Below are positions 14,601 through 29,345 of a DNA stretch of 64,000 nucleotides, in pieces. Origin of the DNA: Octopus sinensis (Eukaryota); the NCBI RefSeq assembly GCF_006345805.1, contig NC_043001.1, forward strand, positions 7,316,001-7,380,000, in the 5' to 3' direction. Position numbers and translations under genes: made by a program. The notes beneath the pieces are model-generated. The model was not told where the DNA came from. It worked only from the letters and a program-made list of their open reading frames with translations, and searched no databases. The first letter of the stretch is position 1; each line of letters opens with the position of its first letter.

Positions 14601-16713
14601 TCCACACAAAACGGCAATGCCAGTGTATAAGGTTTAGGAAGTAAGCGTATTTTAAAATTATAAAGTAACATTGAAATAAAAGAGAAATCCTTAACTGAAA
14701 ACATATTAGTACAAGACTATCGATTCATGTGCAAATAATAGAGTCATATTTTCTTAATCTAAGAAATATTAAAATCCACCACTATGATGATATTAGAAGA
14801 TTCAGACGAGTATTAAGATCACTAATATTGCGGTATATTATCATACTGAAATATATTGCAACTCTGACACTAGGCTCTGGACAGCAGTTTGAACTCTAAG
14901 AGTTTGAACGGAGGATGTGAGCGAAACTTGAAATTCACATCCATGATTGATTTTTTTCTCCTGCAGAATTGAGTCCAATTTCAGTATATATGAACTCTTG
15001 TATTTTGTTGAGTTTTAAGAAAATCAATTTTAAATACGACATTGATAATCATAAACTCTTCACCATTTCTTTAAAATATTTTCTATAGTTTTTAACGGTT
15101 TAATTGTGAGTAGTATAATAGTCAAGATTACTTTATTTTTAAAAATAGCATTTTGATAGAGTAAGACAAATATATCATTTATACGAATACGATGTTAATT
15201 ACTGATATTTGGAGAAGATAAATAAGGAATTGAAATGAGAATTAACTTACAAGTATTCCCTTTATTTAAGGGAAGCTGCATGGAGTGTATTACACCAAAT
15301 AACAAATGAAAGAACTGTGAAATGAGAGACAAGAACGGTAGTTTTGCGAAGGATATAAAAGACATAGCACAGTTCTGTAACATTCGAAATCATAATAGAG
15401 AAATAATGAGTTCTGTTTATTATCATATATAAACCTGAAATAACTTTTATTGTCTGGCAATGCTATAAATATGTTGTGAAATATCCAATTATGAAACAAA
15501 GCATTCCTGAATTTATGAGCAATTCGTTAACGTATTGTAAATTAGACAGTACCATAATATGCCAGTGTCTAATTTCTCTTCACACGATTTATTTCGAACT
15601 ATATATAGCAGTTTTTCATGAAATTATGAGAAATATTAAGAATCGCAATGTTTTCTTTTCCTTTCATTGAGAATACTTTAGAGTGCTACGATTTGTTACT
15701 GCCTAGGCTGTTTTGAAATGTTTTAAATTGCTCTTATATACGACTCCATTTGCATTATTGTATTAAATTTGCAGTAATTTATACAACCATAACTTTACTT
15801 AAGATAATATTAGCTTTATTTAGAAAAATAACAACTGGTGTTTCCAGAAATGTTTACATGGGACAATATAATATAAGTAGCGTAATTCTCAGTTAAACGC
15901 ATGCATATATCCATACATACATAAACAGACACACTCAAGCACATATTTCAATGCTTGGAAGAATAATAAACGCAAGTCAATTCAGAGAATTATTTCAGCT
16001 GTTGGTAAATAGTAAATATGCATCAGACACACAATGTAGTATCAGAAATATAATGTGACTAGCGCACGGTGTGATCGACAGAATAATATATTTATACTAT
16101 GTCTCACGCCAGCTGAAGGACTGTTGAAATGAATTTGCAGCTTACATAATCAATAAAGTTAAATTGATAACATATGCTTATACATTGCTCATTATATAAC
16201 TAATAGAATTGGCTGTAAATATCGTTAGATATTTGCAATCAGGATTTCCTAACCTTAGCTCTATATTATATCTTTGCGGGATAATTCTACATACTTCTCC
16301 GTATCTGAAATGGATCAGAAGATTTCATTCATAGAATCATAGGTAAAGGTTTTGAGCGTACACCCCTTCCAATATTTAGTCGGATATCGTAGGTATAACT
16401 GCAATTTAATGCGACATGAACAAACTAGTAACCGATATACAAAAGAGTATGGTATTCATATCAACGAGGATGGATTAAATGCATATATATATATATATAT
16501 ATATATATGAATTGCAGCAGTTATTATTTATAACGCAGCATATAAAATTATTAATGTGTTAATATATACAGCGGGCTATGTAGTACTGCTAGAAAAAGTG
16601 ATTAGTTATTTCACACTAAAGGCACTTGCCGTCTGCAAGACATATTTATTGGGAACTCTAGTAATATATTTGATGCATTTGCATAATTTTTTATAGCTGT
16701 TAATATAATACCT

Positions 16714-16942
16714 TTTTCTTTATTACCCACAAGGGGCTAAACATAGAGGGGACAAACAAGGACAGACAAAGGTATTAAGTCGATTGCATCGACCCCAGTG
16801 CGTAACTGGTAGTTAATTTATCGACCCCGAAAGGATGGATGTCAAAGTCGATCTTAGCGGAATTTGAACTCACAATTCACAAGACGAAATATCTATAATC
16901 ATTTCGCCCGGCATGCTAACGTTACTGCCAGCTCGCCGCCTT
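16714..16942 (-). mobile_element. SINE family A
   Basis: Complete unit from GGCGGCGAGCTGGCAG to type-2 tail; 17-bp TSD CTGTTAATATAATACCT at 16697-16713 and 16943-16959. Confidence 0.93.
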
Positions 16943-17779
16943 CTGTTAATATAATACCTACTCGAAGAGTGAAGTGAGTTTTATAATAGAAACAATGACA
17001 ATACAAGCCTTTGTGTGAGACAGCTTCACAGTTTTACACTGATTGCCATTGCTTTATATTATTTCCGAAAATATTTTAACGAATTGCAATGTAAGATCTA
17101 CTTTTCTACAACAAACAACTGTACCGGATTTACTTATTACGATAGAAGAGTTTAACGCAACTTAAATCATTCTTAAATATTTGCTCATAACATGACTTTA
17201 TTCTTTCAGACACTGCAGGGACATGTGATTTATTCGATTTCAGCAACAGTTCAAATCATTAAGTACGTTTCATTAAATCTCAGGCATTGACATTCGCTTG
17301 CGCCAAGTAAACTAAAAGCGACACAAAATTACTTAACTTATCTAATTAAATTGTTAACATTGATTTATTGATTAATTCATTCCAGTTAGAAGAGAATAAT
17401 AGTCACGGTGAATGGTAACGTTCGCTTGATTTGTTTCCCGCCATATGGTGCGCATATCGAGATATGCAAATATGACATAAAACTCAAGATGTATGTTAAT
17501 AAATTGTAGGTTAATAAATTGAAAACAATAGTTTTCAGCTGATTTCTAATGAGAGACCTACTGAAGTGTTTCCATACTTTTCAAAGTGTTTATGAGACGC
17601 TTCTGTAAGAATGGAGGAATCCAGATGTTACCTATGGAGATTGGAAATCTACCTCTTAAAGATTTCAGTCACTAATATCACAAATGAACGACACACATGC
17701 ACACATATGCACATAGACACACTTATACATGCACATATGTATACGGTTTCATGCTTACGACACTCCATTTCCTTCTTTC

Positions 17780-18342
17780 TATTCTGTTTCACATTTCAGC
17801 AATATGACTGTTCTGTTCTCTTCAAGCTACCACAATCTCTTAGACATTTCCTCACCAAATCTGCTACCTGCCTCCACCAGCTGTCTCTCAACATTGCCCT
17901 ACACCTCTTGAAAACGAAACATTTTCTTTCTAGCCATACTTCCTTCATTTTTCTTCACATCAACCTCAACCCCATAGGCTACCGGCTCCACCTCCACCCT
18001 ACTTCTCATTCGTCCTTGTTCATCCAACTCATCCTCTGCATTATGCTTGCTGCCTTTTTCTCTAAACACTTCAAAATAATCACTCTTCACCGCCTGCTCC
18101 CTCTTGCCTATTGCATCTACTTTTCTTGCCGCACCATTATCTATGCCCATTTAATCCTCCGTCTAATGCTCCACACCAACCGACTTCTCAATGACCTAAA
18201 TCCTCGCACCAAACACTTGACTCCAATGATTCCTATCTCGTCCCACCCGACGCTGCTACACTCACTAATTCTCTCTCTTTTGATAAAACCTACCCCTCCG
18301 CCACTCACACTACTGCCAGGTTTCCCTCTATCTTGTCACTGA
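17780..18342 (+). pseudogene. Possible degraded N-terminal region of a Penelope-like ORF
   Basis: C-rich sense strand as in the PLE at 51186-52509; SHTSFIFLHINLNPIGYRLHLHP resembles the H.SFL..C.....P.G..L.F.P N-terminal block of PLE ORFs (from memory, not searched). Confidence 0.4.
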
Positions 18343-19081
18343 CATCTCTACCTACTACCTTCTACCTACTACATTTTTCTTTATCTCTCCCCTACAAACA
18401 AACGACTACCTCCATTTCTGGATCTTTCGACTATCACAGGTGTGTAGTAAGCTAGTGCAAGGGAAATGGTAAAAAATCTGAACTGATAGGACGGCAAGAC
18501 AGAACATATGACTCTGATCTGAACGGTGGCCGGCCGAAAAAAGTACAATGCCTGAACCGGACAGCGATCACGTGGTAGGGGAGGGGTTGAAGAGGGACAA
18601 AAGAATAACAGAGAAGGGAAATAAATCAGAGGGACGAAGGAATAAGAGGAGGAGAAGGAGGAGAGAGAGAGAGAGAGAAAGGTAAAAGGGAAGTAAGTAA
18701 GGAAGGATAGCACAAAAGATAGAAAGATAAGATGGAGAGAGAAAGGGAGACAAAGCGAGGTAGGGATGAGGTAGGAATAAAGGAAAAGTTATGCCCCTTG
18801 ACTCTTATGTACATAATAGTCAAGGGTTATCCTTTTTGCAAAGTAAACAAAATATACGTAGCGCTGCGTGGATAAATCAAAGGCAGAACAAACCCAAGCC
18901 GTTAAATATATATATATATATATATATATAAGAGACAATGGTGTCATTGAGACCCAAAAAGTGTCAGGTAATGCTGAATAAGTGCTGTAGACAGACATAG
19001 TTATGTCCCAGATTCGGTAATATTGCGAATAAAGGGTTCAACGTTGGTTCTATGTCAGCGTGTGTATATATGAAGTTTTTA

Positions 19082-19170
19082 CGTAATGAGATACAAAAAA
19101 AACAAGGCTGTATAGATATTAGAGAATGCTCCAGTATTTATATAGCCTTGTTTTTTTTTATCTCATTACG
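19082..19170. repeat. Near-perfect inverted repeat / hairpin (~42-bp stem, 4-nt loop)
   Basis: CGTAATGAGATACAAAAAAAACAAGGCTGTATAGATATTAGAG-AATG-CTCCAGTATTTATATAGCCTTGTTTTTTTTTATCTCATTACG. Confidence 0.85.
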
Positions 19171-19779
19171 CAGAAAATTCTAATACATATATATATGCTG
19201 AGAGCTTGAGAGGGAGGCATGTAGATTAGATATAGAAAGCCAGAAAAATAGAGTATTACACAGATGGATACAAACCTATACGGACGCCAAATTTATGCAT
19301 ATTCATCCTATCTCCACGCACTTTTTAAAATGGAATTCAGTGACAGCAACGTATGGTGCGACATTTTGTAAAGAAGTACACTAATACACCTGGACGGACA
19401 ATTCTATCGAGATATAAGAAATAGTTAATAGGTGTAGATGCATATTTCAGGAGGTTATTGATCAGTACCACTTTAAATTCAGACAATCTATGAGCACATT
19501 GCAGAAATTTGCGCTATGTTTAAAAAGTTGGTTATACCAATTTATATATTATACACTTACCTACCTAAACTGGATGGGTCATATTTATTCTTAAATATGG
19601 ACCTTTGTGTATGCATATATATGTACACATGTACATATGCATACTTATAAACGTATGCCACTATGTATAAAAATTACACACACAGTGGCATATATGCATT
19701 TGTATACTTAGACAATTAGATATTTATAAATATATACAGATACATATATATATATGTGTGTGTGTGTGTGGAGAGAGAA

Positions 19780-19826
<47 letters not shown>

Positions 19827-20815
19827 AAGAGAGAGAGAATGAGCGAGAGAAAGAGAGAGGGAGAACGATTTTAAATTATTGTAGATTTTCATTGATTCTT
19901 GACGTTGCAATAACATTATTCTTCCTGCTGTCTTGATATGACGACTAACTATTTAGTCTCATCTATATTTTTTTGTCTGGAATAATTGTTTATTTGCAAC
20001 AGATCCTGTCCCCAGTGCTTCTGTACCGCGGGTGCATATTTTATTGATATCTCTCGTCTGAAATTCGACCACAATCACCGCTACATGATTCATATGTATT
20101 ATCTCTGCTTGTGTAAGAAATATGTTTGGAGTAACGTAATTATTTGACACATTTACATTGAGCGTAATAGTCGTTTCAAGACAGACGAAACGCTATTTCA
20201 AAAATATATCACACCATTACGTTAAAACATTCTTTTTAGGTTTGACTATCATTTCATATCACACAGCACACTGCAATTCTTACTGACCAACGCTCTGTTA
20301 TGAATGACAAATTCTAAGGAATTTGACATGATAATAAATCCAAAATTATATACACGGTAAGTATGGTGACAATAGTAACCTGAACGCTAGTTACGTAAAA
20401 AGAATGACTATGTACTAAAATATAGGTATTCGTTATATTTGGACTGTCAGGATAAATCGCATGACCAAAATATATTACTAAATGTAAGAGAAATTTTATG
20501 TACAGTAAACGTTCTATTCTTTCAGACAATCGAAGAGAAGAGAGAAAACATTGACAAAGCAAACGTGTAATGTATCATACATTTTTTAACGTCTGCAAAG
20601 CAGACGAAATACTGTCTTCAGACAAGGCAGGAAAATAAATTGCGCCAAGCAGTTGAATAATGACAGTCGACTTATACAAATGTCTGTGACAGTGTGATAG
20701 CACTTCCCGTCTGTTGGCTAAAACAGAGAAGCTGTTGCTGTTACAGCATTAAATATTGAAGAGCATGTGGGAAATGAGTTCTTTCACATATTAACACTAA
20801 TAAAAACACGATATC

Positions 20816-20847
<32 letters not shown>

Positions 20848-20889
20848 TAATAACAACAATAACAACAATAATAATAACAACAACAACAT

Positions 20890-21137
20890 GGCGGTGAGCG
20901 GGCAGAAACGTTGGTACGCCGGGCGAAATGCTTAGCGTTACTTCGTGTAACGTTACGTTTTCAGTTCAAATTCCGCCTTAGGTTGACTTTGCCTTTCATC
21001 CTTTCGGGGGTCGATTAAATAAGTACCAGCTACGCATTGGGGTTGATGTAATCGACTTAATCCCTTTGTATTTCCTTGTGTGTTTCCTCTGTTTAGCCAC
21101 ATGTGGTCACTAAATGAATAAATAAATAAATAAATAA
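20890..21137 (+). mobile_element. SINE family A
   Basis: GGCGGTGAGCGGGCAGAAACGTT head, AGTTCAAATTCC B box, GCCTTTCATCCTTTCGGGG core, (AAAT)n tail. Confidence 0.88.
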
Positions 21138-21177
21138 ATGATAATAATAATAATAATAATATTAATAATAATAATAA

Positions 21178-21720
21178 AATGTCATGATGCAGTACCAGGC
21201 AGTAGCTCTCATGTTTATTTTTTATCTCAACTGATTGGAAGTGTTATCATGTGCATTGTTTTGCTTTGGTTTAAAACATGGACCACAGCAAATATTCTGC
21301 TCAATACCATAGATTTGCTTGTCAGTTGTTTGACCTTAACCAGTTGAGACTCTCCCTTCGTGGCTCATGAGCAGAAGTAGTGGGGGAACACTGTAGCCAT
21401 GTGTTGAGAGGGATTATTTGGGGTTTGGATGATTCATCTTTGGAAACATGGGTGTTTCATTCAACATCTTTAAACAACCCTCACTCAGGAACATTTTGAG
21501 CGGGATCGGCTACTCGACCTGGAACAAATTCTAACTTGGCCACACATGTAAGGTCGTGCACAGTTTATCTTCATATAAGATCATCATTTTGCGCACATAT
21601 GGTTGTGATGCATGTGCCTGGTGTGCCCTTATCAGACAGTTAGACATGATGGGTATACTGGCCATCGTATTTTTTCTTATCCCAGTGTTAATTTGATAGC
21701 ATGCGCTTCTCCCTAACTCA
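21178..21720. mobile_element. Unclassified ~540-bp element bounded by TAA-type repeats
   Basis: GC-richer block with sharp edges between (TAA)n-like runs; no recognisable protein motif. Confidence 0.4.
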
Positions 21721-22399
21721 ATAATATTAATAAATAATATTGATAATAACTGTTCGGGACAGCTAGGGATCTGAGATTTGTAATTGGGTGTAGAATACGA
21801 TAATTAACAACCAAGTATCAAAGATTAAAATATACGGAAAGCAACCCTGTGAGACATCAGTTTAACGTTAAATACTATATAACAGTAATTATATCAGATC
21901 GGTACCGGAACCTGCGTTTCTGCCGTTCATGCTATTTTGCATGCGTATGCATCGTAAAGATGTAGGCACATTTTCTTGAGTAGGGCGAATTTGTATTATT
22001 CCGCTTTTGGAAATTCCCTTCGTTTTATATCCCGCACATTTATATTTCAAAAGATTTTCCAAAATGAACCTCCCTTGGAAATTCGTAAATCATTTTACTT
22101 TAAAACTTAGGAGCGTTTTCAATTTTGACTTGTGTTACTAAAATCATCGTGATGGTGACTTCTCCTACTTGGTAATGCCATTGTTTGGATTTCTTCTTTG
22201 GGATATTCCATTAATTCTTCCTGTTATTCACTGTCTTAAAGCATTCAGTGAAGTTTTCGGTTTGTAGATATACGACAATGTATCCAAATGTAACTGAAAA
22301 ACTTCTCCATGGGACAAGCTCTTTGTAGTTCAGGCTTTCAGCGCTAGAAGCCACTTACTGTATCTCTCGGTTGCGGCCGGTGAGGCCACAGCCACGCGG

Positions 22400-23525
22400 T
22401 GCGTTGTCCTGCCATATGGTGCGTCGTTCTGCTACGTAGAGGGGCATTTGATAGTGTTTCTCCTCTATTCATTGATGGGTGAATGGCAGGAACAGCTTGC
22501 TTCCGTGAAATTCTGTTTTCTGCAGGGAAACAACGTCTTCAAACATCTTACAGAGACGCTTCTACTAAGAAAATGTAAATTTATGAGTGGTTTTCACGCT
22601 TTACAGATGTTCTCCTGTAGCTTCACACCTAACTCTGTTCAGAGCTACTGTCGACCTCCCGGACGAATGAAAACATCATGAACATTTGTGAAATGATAGT
22701 GGAGAACCTTCATCCGACAATAGACGAACTTGCCGACACGACCGGTATGTCCTTAAACACTGCCAATGGATTTTTAACGAGGAATTGTGAATGCTTGCTC
22801 ACTGAAGAGTATGTGATTGAGTATGTGTCGGGAACCAAAAGAATAGCAGGAATTTGATCCGGACATTTTAGTGAAGGTCACCACTGATGACGAAATATGC
22901 TTCTACAGCTACGACTCGGAAACGAAGCAGAAATCAAGTCAATGGTAGCAATAAATGTTACCACGCATCCCAAAAGAGCGTCAAGTGAAGAGCAAAGTCA
23001 AGACGACACTGGTTTGTTTCATCGCTGCGAAAGGAATTGTCCACAGAGAATTTGTTCCTTCTGGTTAAACTATTAACCAGACATTTTACTTGGTAGCTTT
23101 GAAGCTTTTGCGAGAGGAAAACGCAACGACTTGTGCCAAAGTGGAGAATGACGGTTTCATAACGACAATGCGCCTGCACACACCGACTTGTGTATAAGAC
23201 TATTTTTGATCCAAAATGGCATGACCCCGTTTAGCCGTCTTTTCTTTTATTCCGACCGTGGTCTCTGCGACTTTATTTTGTTCCACCGAACACATAATTT
23301 TCTGAAATGAAAACGTTTTTGCAGATGTGGAAGGGGTGAAGAAATGACAAACGGTGAATTTAAAAGGCATCGCTTCGCAAGATCTGCAGCAGTAATTTGA
23401 ACAGTGGAAATCGTGTCTGGACCAATGCATTACTACAAATGGAGAATAATTTGAAGGCGATGGATTTGAAAGCATGAGAATTAAATAATATTGCAAAATT
23501 TCAGTTTCTTTTCGCTACACCTTCC
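22400..23525 (+). mobile_element. Degraded mariner relic
   Basis: Plus-strand remnants EQLASVKFCFL, TDDEICFYSYDSETKQKSSQW, HNDNAPAHT, CDFILF, WKSCLDQCITTNGE-FEGD; many stops and frameshifts; ends approximate. Confidence 0.88.
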
Positions 23526-24046
23526 TTTTCTATCTCCTTTCATTCTTTTATTTTTCTCTCGTCTTAGCACAACGGACTGGATGCTGAACTCAAGTTGCGG
23601 GTTGCCTTAAACTAACACGCGCTCCTTGGAACTATCGACAGTTGGACGTTGAAGACCTTACAGTAAAACAGATTGGAACATCATTAATTGCCAAAAACTA
23701 CAATTTTTAGATATTGTATAGCATAGTCTAGCATTAGCATTGTTTTGTCCATATACAATACAATTTCAAATTGATATGTTTGATATATTTTTTCATATGT
23801 AAGAATGCTAGTAATAATCAGTCCTTTTCCATGTGTGTGTGTGTATACACACACAAAGGAACGCACTCGCGCGCACATACATACACCCACAAAAGCAGAG
23901 GAAGATAGAGCGGAGGAGGAAGCGTTGAAAAGAGAGTATATTTCTTGTGATAAATGTTTCCCCATTTTCTACTAATAATTCATCTCTGGATATAAGCTTT
24001 GGAATATGAATTTATGTATATTCACAACTAATATATTAAATATATA

Positions 24047-24221
<175 letters not shown>

Positions 24222-24779
24222 GGCTGTGAGTGTTTGTGTGTGCGTGTATGTGTGCGCGTGCGTATGCGTATAGTTACTTGTGTGTATGTGTGAATATATT
24301 GAAGTATAAAAATTTCTGGATTTCTCTCATCTCATTTTTCAAATCCCTTTAATCACAGTGTTAGCGAAGATTTCTCCTAAGAAAGATCCATTACCATTGC
24401 CGATTCTTCAAGTCAGTTATGATTTAATGATCTGCTACATTTAATACGCTTGTCGTCGGGGAAATCTATATGACAGAAGAATATATGAGTTACGTTATCT
24501 CGAAAAATATTTTTCTTAAATTTAAATTCAATTTTGCAATCTATATGTAAGATAAAATTTTGATTCATTACTGTCAGTTATATGCGAGGATTTAAGCGGA
24601 TAGACTGAATTTTAGATTCATAATGAAGCCACCATGATTTCCAGAATTAATAGCAGTGACCAAAATCAAATAACGCCTATGTAATAGCAACGGCAAGGAA
24701 TCAAGGACAAATAAAATTTTCCGCTGTTGAAATGCTCTCAGGTTAACGCGAGGTTTCATATTTATGAAATTATATAGTT

Positions 24780-24995
24780 TCTGTTCTACTCTAGGCATAA
24801 TGCCCGACATTTTGAGGGAGAAGGCCAGTCGACTTGATCGACCCCAGTACGCAACTGGTACTTAATTTATCGAACCCGAAAGGATGAAAGGCAAAGTCGA
24901 CCTCATCGGGATTTGAACTCAGAACGTAAAGACAGACAGAATACTGCTAAGTATTTCGCCCGACATGCTAACGTTTCTGCCAGCTCGCCACCTTA
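24780..24995 (-). mobile_element. SINE family A (type-1 tail)
   Basis: Complete unit; 20-bp TSD ATTTATGAAATTATATAGTT at 24760-24779 and 24996-25015. Confidence 0.93.
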
Positions 24996-25075
24996 ATTTA
25001 TGAAATTATATAGTTCAACTGGATTTTTAATGCGGAATCGAGTGGTTTCTGTTATATTACTCATCGTTACTAATA

Positions 25076-25336
25076 AAAATAAAATAAATGCGTCCTTTTA
25101 AAGCCTAGCCAGGCTCATGGGCCCGGTTTCCCGGTTTCAATGGTGTATGTCTTCCCCAGCTCGACGTGACGCCAGTCCATCGCAGCGTTACTCATTTTTG
25201 CTACCTGAGTGGACTGGAGCAACGTGAAATGAAGTGTTTTGCTTACGAACACAACGCGTCGCCCGGTCCAGGAATCGAAATCACAGTTTTACGATCATGA
25301 TGCTGATACCCTAACCACTAAACCACGCGCCTCCAA
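25076..25336 (-). mobile_element. SINE family C with a second tail type
   Basis: Head/core as at 10928-11064; different tail containing GCGATGGACTGGCG; TSD ATCRTTACTAATA at 25063-25075 and 25337-25349. Confidence 0.88.
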
Positions 25337-25511
25337 ATCATTACTAATAGTATATATATATACTTTGGATTTGGTTTGCCAGATTCTTTATATGAGTTCG
25401 TGTGTTGCAAAAGGTTGCAAGACGCAAAAAAAATTTTAGGAAGATGAAAATAAGAAATAACTGGAAATTTCACGTTATAAGGCACCAAAAAAAAAAACGA
25501 TTCTCCCCAGA

Positions 25512-25885
25512 CAGGCGCAGGAGTGGCTGTGTGGTAAGTAGCTTGTTTACCAACCACATAGTCCCGGGTTCAGTCCCACTGCGTGGCATCTTCGGCAAGT
25601 GTCTTCTACTATAGCCTCGGGTCGACCAAAGCCCTGTGAGTGGATTTGGTAGACGGAAACTGAAAAGAAGTCCGTCGTATATATGTATGTATATATATAT
25701 ATATATGCGTGTGTGTGTTTGTGTGTCTGTGTTTGTCCCTCTAGCATTGCTTGACAACCGATGCTGGTGTGTTTATGTCCCCGTTACTTTGCGGTTCGGC
25801 AAAAGAGACCGATAGAATATGCACTGAGTTTACAAAAAGAATAAGTCCCGGGGTCGAGTTGTAAAAGAGTAAAGAGTAAAGAGAG
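25512..25885 (+). mobile_element. SINE family B
   Basis: AGGCGCAGGAGTGGCTGTGTGGTAAG head, GGTTCAGTCCC B box, GGCAAGTGTCTTCTAC core. Confidence 0.9.
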
Positions 25886-26575
25886 AGACACAACAGAGTA
25901 TATATATAAATATTCCAAATTTTTTTACATCACTATCCCTCATTAATCATCACACACACACTCGAAGTTTTTAAACAAATCCGTTGCATTTTTCTTAGTT
26001 TCTCATTTAAGCCCAATGATTTTATTTTGAAAACATTTCGATGGTAGAATTAGCCGAAAGGATTTAATTTTAATTAATTGGTCTCCAATCTGTTTCCCGT
26101 TGATGTACTATCAATTGTAGGCATTAAATATTTCCCCGAATTGCAATATTGCACACTTTCCGCGAAGGTATCAAGGGAAATGCAATGGTAAATGATCATC
26201 TGTTGCAAAGATTTCCCAAGTTACTTTCATTTCAAACGAAAATTGACTGCGAAATGAGTAACCGGAGAGATGTGTAGGAAAGAGATAAAAAAAAAAGGTG
26301 CGTTTAAACAATATTTAACATTCAAATTGCACTCTGTCAACACCGAATGACGATTGATATGGCAAATGTCTGTCGAAAGTAACTATGTAGAAGGGATGGT
26401 CATTTTCAGATATCAGTGGACAATACCATTGTTATTCCCAATAAGCTTCTTGTACGGTATGTATTTATTTACTAGCACTATGACCCTCTAACAGAATAAT
26501 TGTGGATTTGTATAAAGGACACACGCACAGACATTTTGCCGTTAATATATATAGATAGATGCATGTCCCTATATA

Positions 26576-26610
<35 letters not shown>

Positions 26611-26689
26611 AACACACACTTTCTATGAATCAATTTCTTACGGAAGGCACAACTTGGATTTTGACCCTGTCTATATTATATATATTTAA

Positions 26690-27072
26690 TAGGCGCAGGT
26701 GTGGCTGTGTGGTAAGACGTTTGGTTCCGAACCATATGGCTCCGAGTTCAGTCCCACTGGGTCTTCTACCATAGCCTCGGGCCGATCAAAGCCTTGTGAG
26801 TGGATTTGGTAGAAAGAAACTGAAAGAAACACCTCGTAAGTGGGTGTGTATGTTTGTGTGTCTCTCTGTTTGTCCTCCTACCATCACTTGACAACCGATG
26901 TTGGTGTGTCTACGTCCCCGTCACATAGCGGTTCCACCAAAGTGACAGATAGAATAAGTACTACACTTACAAAGAATAAATCTCGGGATCGATTCGTTCG
27001 ACTAAGGGTGATGTTGCAGCATGGGCGCAATCAAATGACTGAAATAAATTTTAAAAAAAAAGAAGAAAAGAA
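26690..27072 (+). mobile_element. SINE family B
   Basis: Same head and tail as 261 and 25512 copies, with an internal deletion. Confidence 0.88.
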
Positions 27073-27588
27073 ACGTATATTTAAGAGGCTATATTCGGAC
27101 ATGAGAAGATCTTACGCTGTAGAACAGACCCCGGCAGAAAAAAAAGACATCATGCACTTTGACATGTGTGAAAAGCAATCGAGCTGTGAATGATGGCTTG
27201 ATTCTAGCAAATATGTCAAAAGCAGCTCGGTGAAATTGCTGTCATTCTTATATTAAAGCAGTATTGCCTCGCTTTGTTGCTGTACGGAAATTTTCGTGAA
27301 GCGAAAACGAAATGCGTAAAGTTGCATGGCGTGACAGTACTACGGAACATATGCGTTCTACCTTCCAAAGAAATCGTTTACACGCATGCACACACAAACA
27401 TATATAGGCACTGATGCATACACAATAGGTTCACGTACATAAACACAAACTCATACGCATAAACACATTGACGCACGAGCGCACAAAAAAGCACAGATAT
27501 ATACACAAACTCGGATACACGCAAACACACACACACATAGACACATCAATACACAAAATTCATACATGCATGCATACATACATACATA

Positions 27589-27930
27589 AGGTAAAGACCC
27601 CCTTCGGTCACGACGCAGACCATGGGATTGCACCTAGAAAGTTACCCTCCTAGACACAAGTTCGGGCGAGGTTGTTTATGGAAGACCAGCAGTCGCCCAT
27701 GCATACCAGCCTCTCCTCTCCATGCCACTGATGTTATCCAAGGGAAAGGCAACGGCCGATAAAGTTTGGCACCAGTGACGTCGCAACTCATTTCTACAGC
27801 TGAGTGATCTGGAGCAACGTGAAAATAAAGTGCCTTGCTCAAGAACACAACACGCAGCCCAGTCCGGGATTCGAGCTCACCACCTCACGATCGTAAGCTC
27901 GACGCTCTAACCACTGAGCCATGCGCCTTC
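27589..27930 (-). mobile_element. SINE family C with a third tail type, inserted in (CATA)n
   Basis: CTGGAGCAACGTGAAA..CTTGCTCAAGAACACAAC core and tRNA-like head; unrelated ~195-bp tail. Confidence 0.85.
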
Positions 27931-28004
27931 ACATACATACATACATGCATACATACATGTGCAAACACACGCGCAGACTCGCACGCACACGCACGCAACA
28001 ATAT

Positions 28005-28610
28005 CCTTTTTCTACTCCAGGCACAAGGCCCAAAATATTTGGGGAGGGAGTCAGTCGATTAGATTGACCCCAGTATGATACTGGTACTTAATTTGTAGAC
28101 CCCAAAAGGATGAAAGGCACAATCAACCTCGGCGGAATTTGAACTCAGAGCATAAAAGACAGACGAAATACCTATTTCTTTACTACCCACAAGGGACTAA
28201 ACACAGAGGGGACAAATAAGGACAGACAAACGTATTAAGTCGATGAAATCGGCCCCAGTGCGTAATTAGTACTTATTTAATCGACCCCGAAATGATGAAA
28301 GGCAAAGTCGACCTCAGCGGAATTTGAACTCAGAATGTAGCGGCAGACAAAATACGGCTACGCATTTCGCCCGGCGTGCGAACATTTATTTCTTTATTGC
28401 CCACTAGGGGCTAAACATAGAGGGAACAAACAAGGACACACAAAGGGATTAAGTGCATTAGATCGACACCAGTGCGTAACTGGTACCGAATTTAACGACC
28501 CCGAAAGGGTGAAAGGCAAAGTCGACCCCGGGGGAATTTGAACTCAGAACGTAACAACAGATGGAATGTCGCTAATAATTTCGCCCGGCGTGCTAACGAT
28601 TCTGCCAGCT
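28005..28610 (-). mobile_element. Family A SINE trimer
   Basis: Three tandem core blocks near 28100, 28285 and 28500. Confidence 0.9.
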
Positions 28611-28944
28611 CAGTGCGTTCGCCCGCAACGACATCTCAAGCAGACGAATACAGCCGACGTAACAGACTCAGAAGGAAATCAGTCCAACAAAAGAACTTTG
28701 ACGAAGAAAAACAAATCAAATAATTTATCGTTCAATCCATTTATAGAAACAATCGATTACTAATTTGGATACTTTAACCAATTGACTTTTAATAAGGGAT
28801 GGAATTCCAGCAGGGCGTGCGTTGATAATATTTGCATAATGGCTCTCCATAGACACAACAATATATAAGCTGGAGGAGGTATCTTACTGGCGCTATAGAC
28901 GTCAGTAGCACTGTCCTGAATAGGACGCCACTTTAGGTTGGCAA

Positions 28945-29345
<401 letters not shown>

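Noticed and set aside
28005-28610. CRISPR-like repeat/spacer array
   Set aside because: Units are ~200-bp SINE monomers without unique spacers; eukaryotic context, no cas genes
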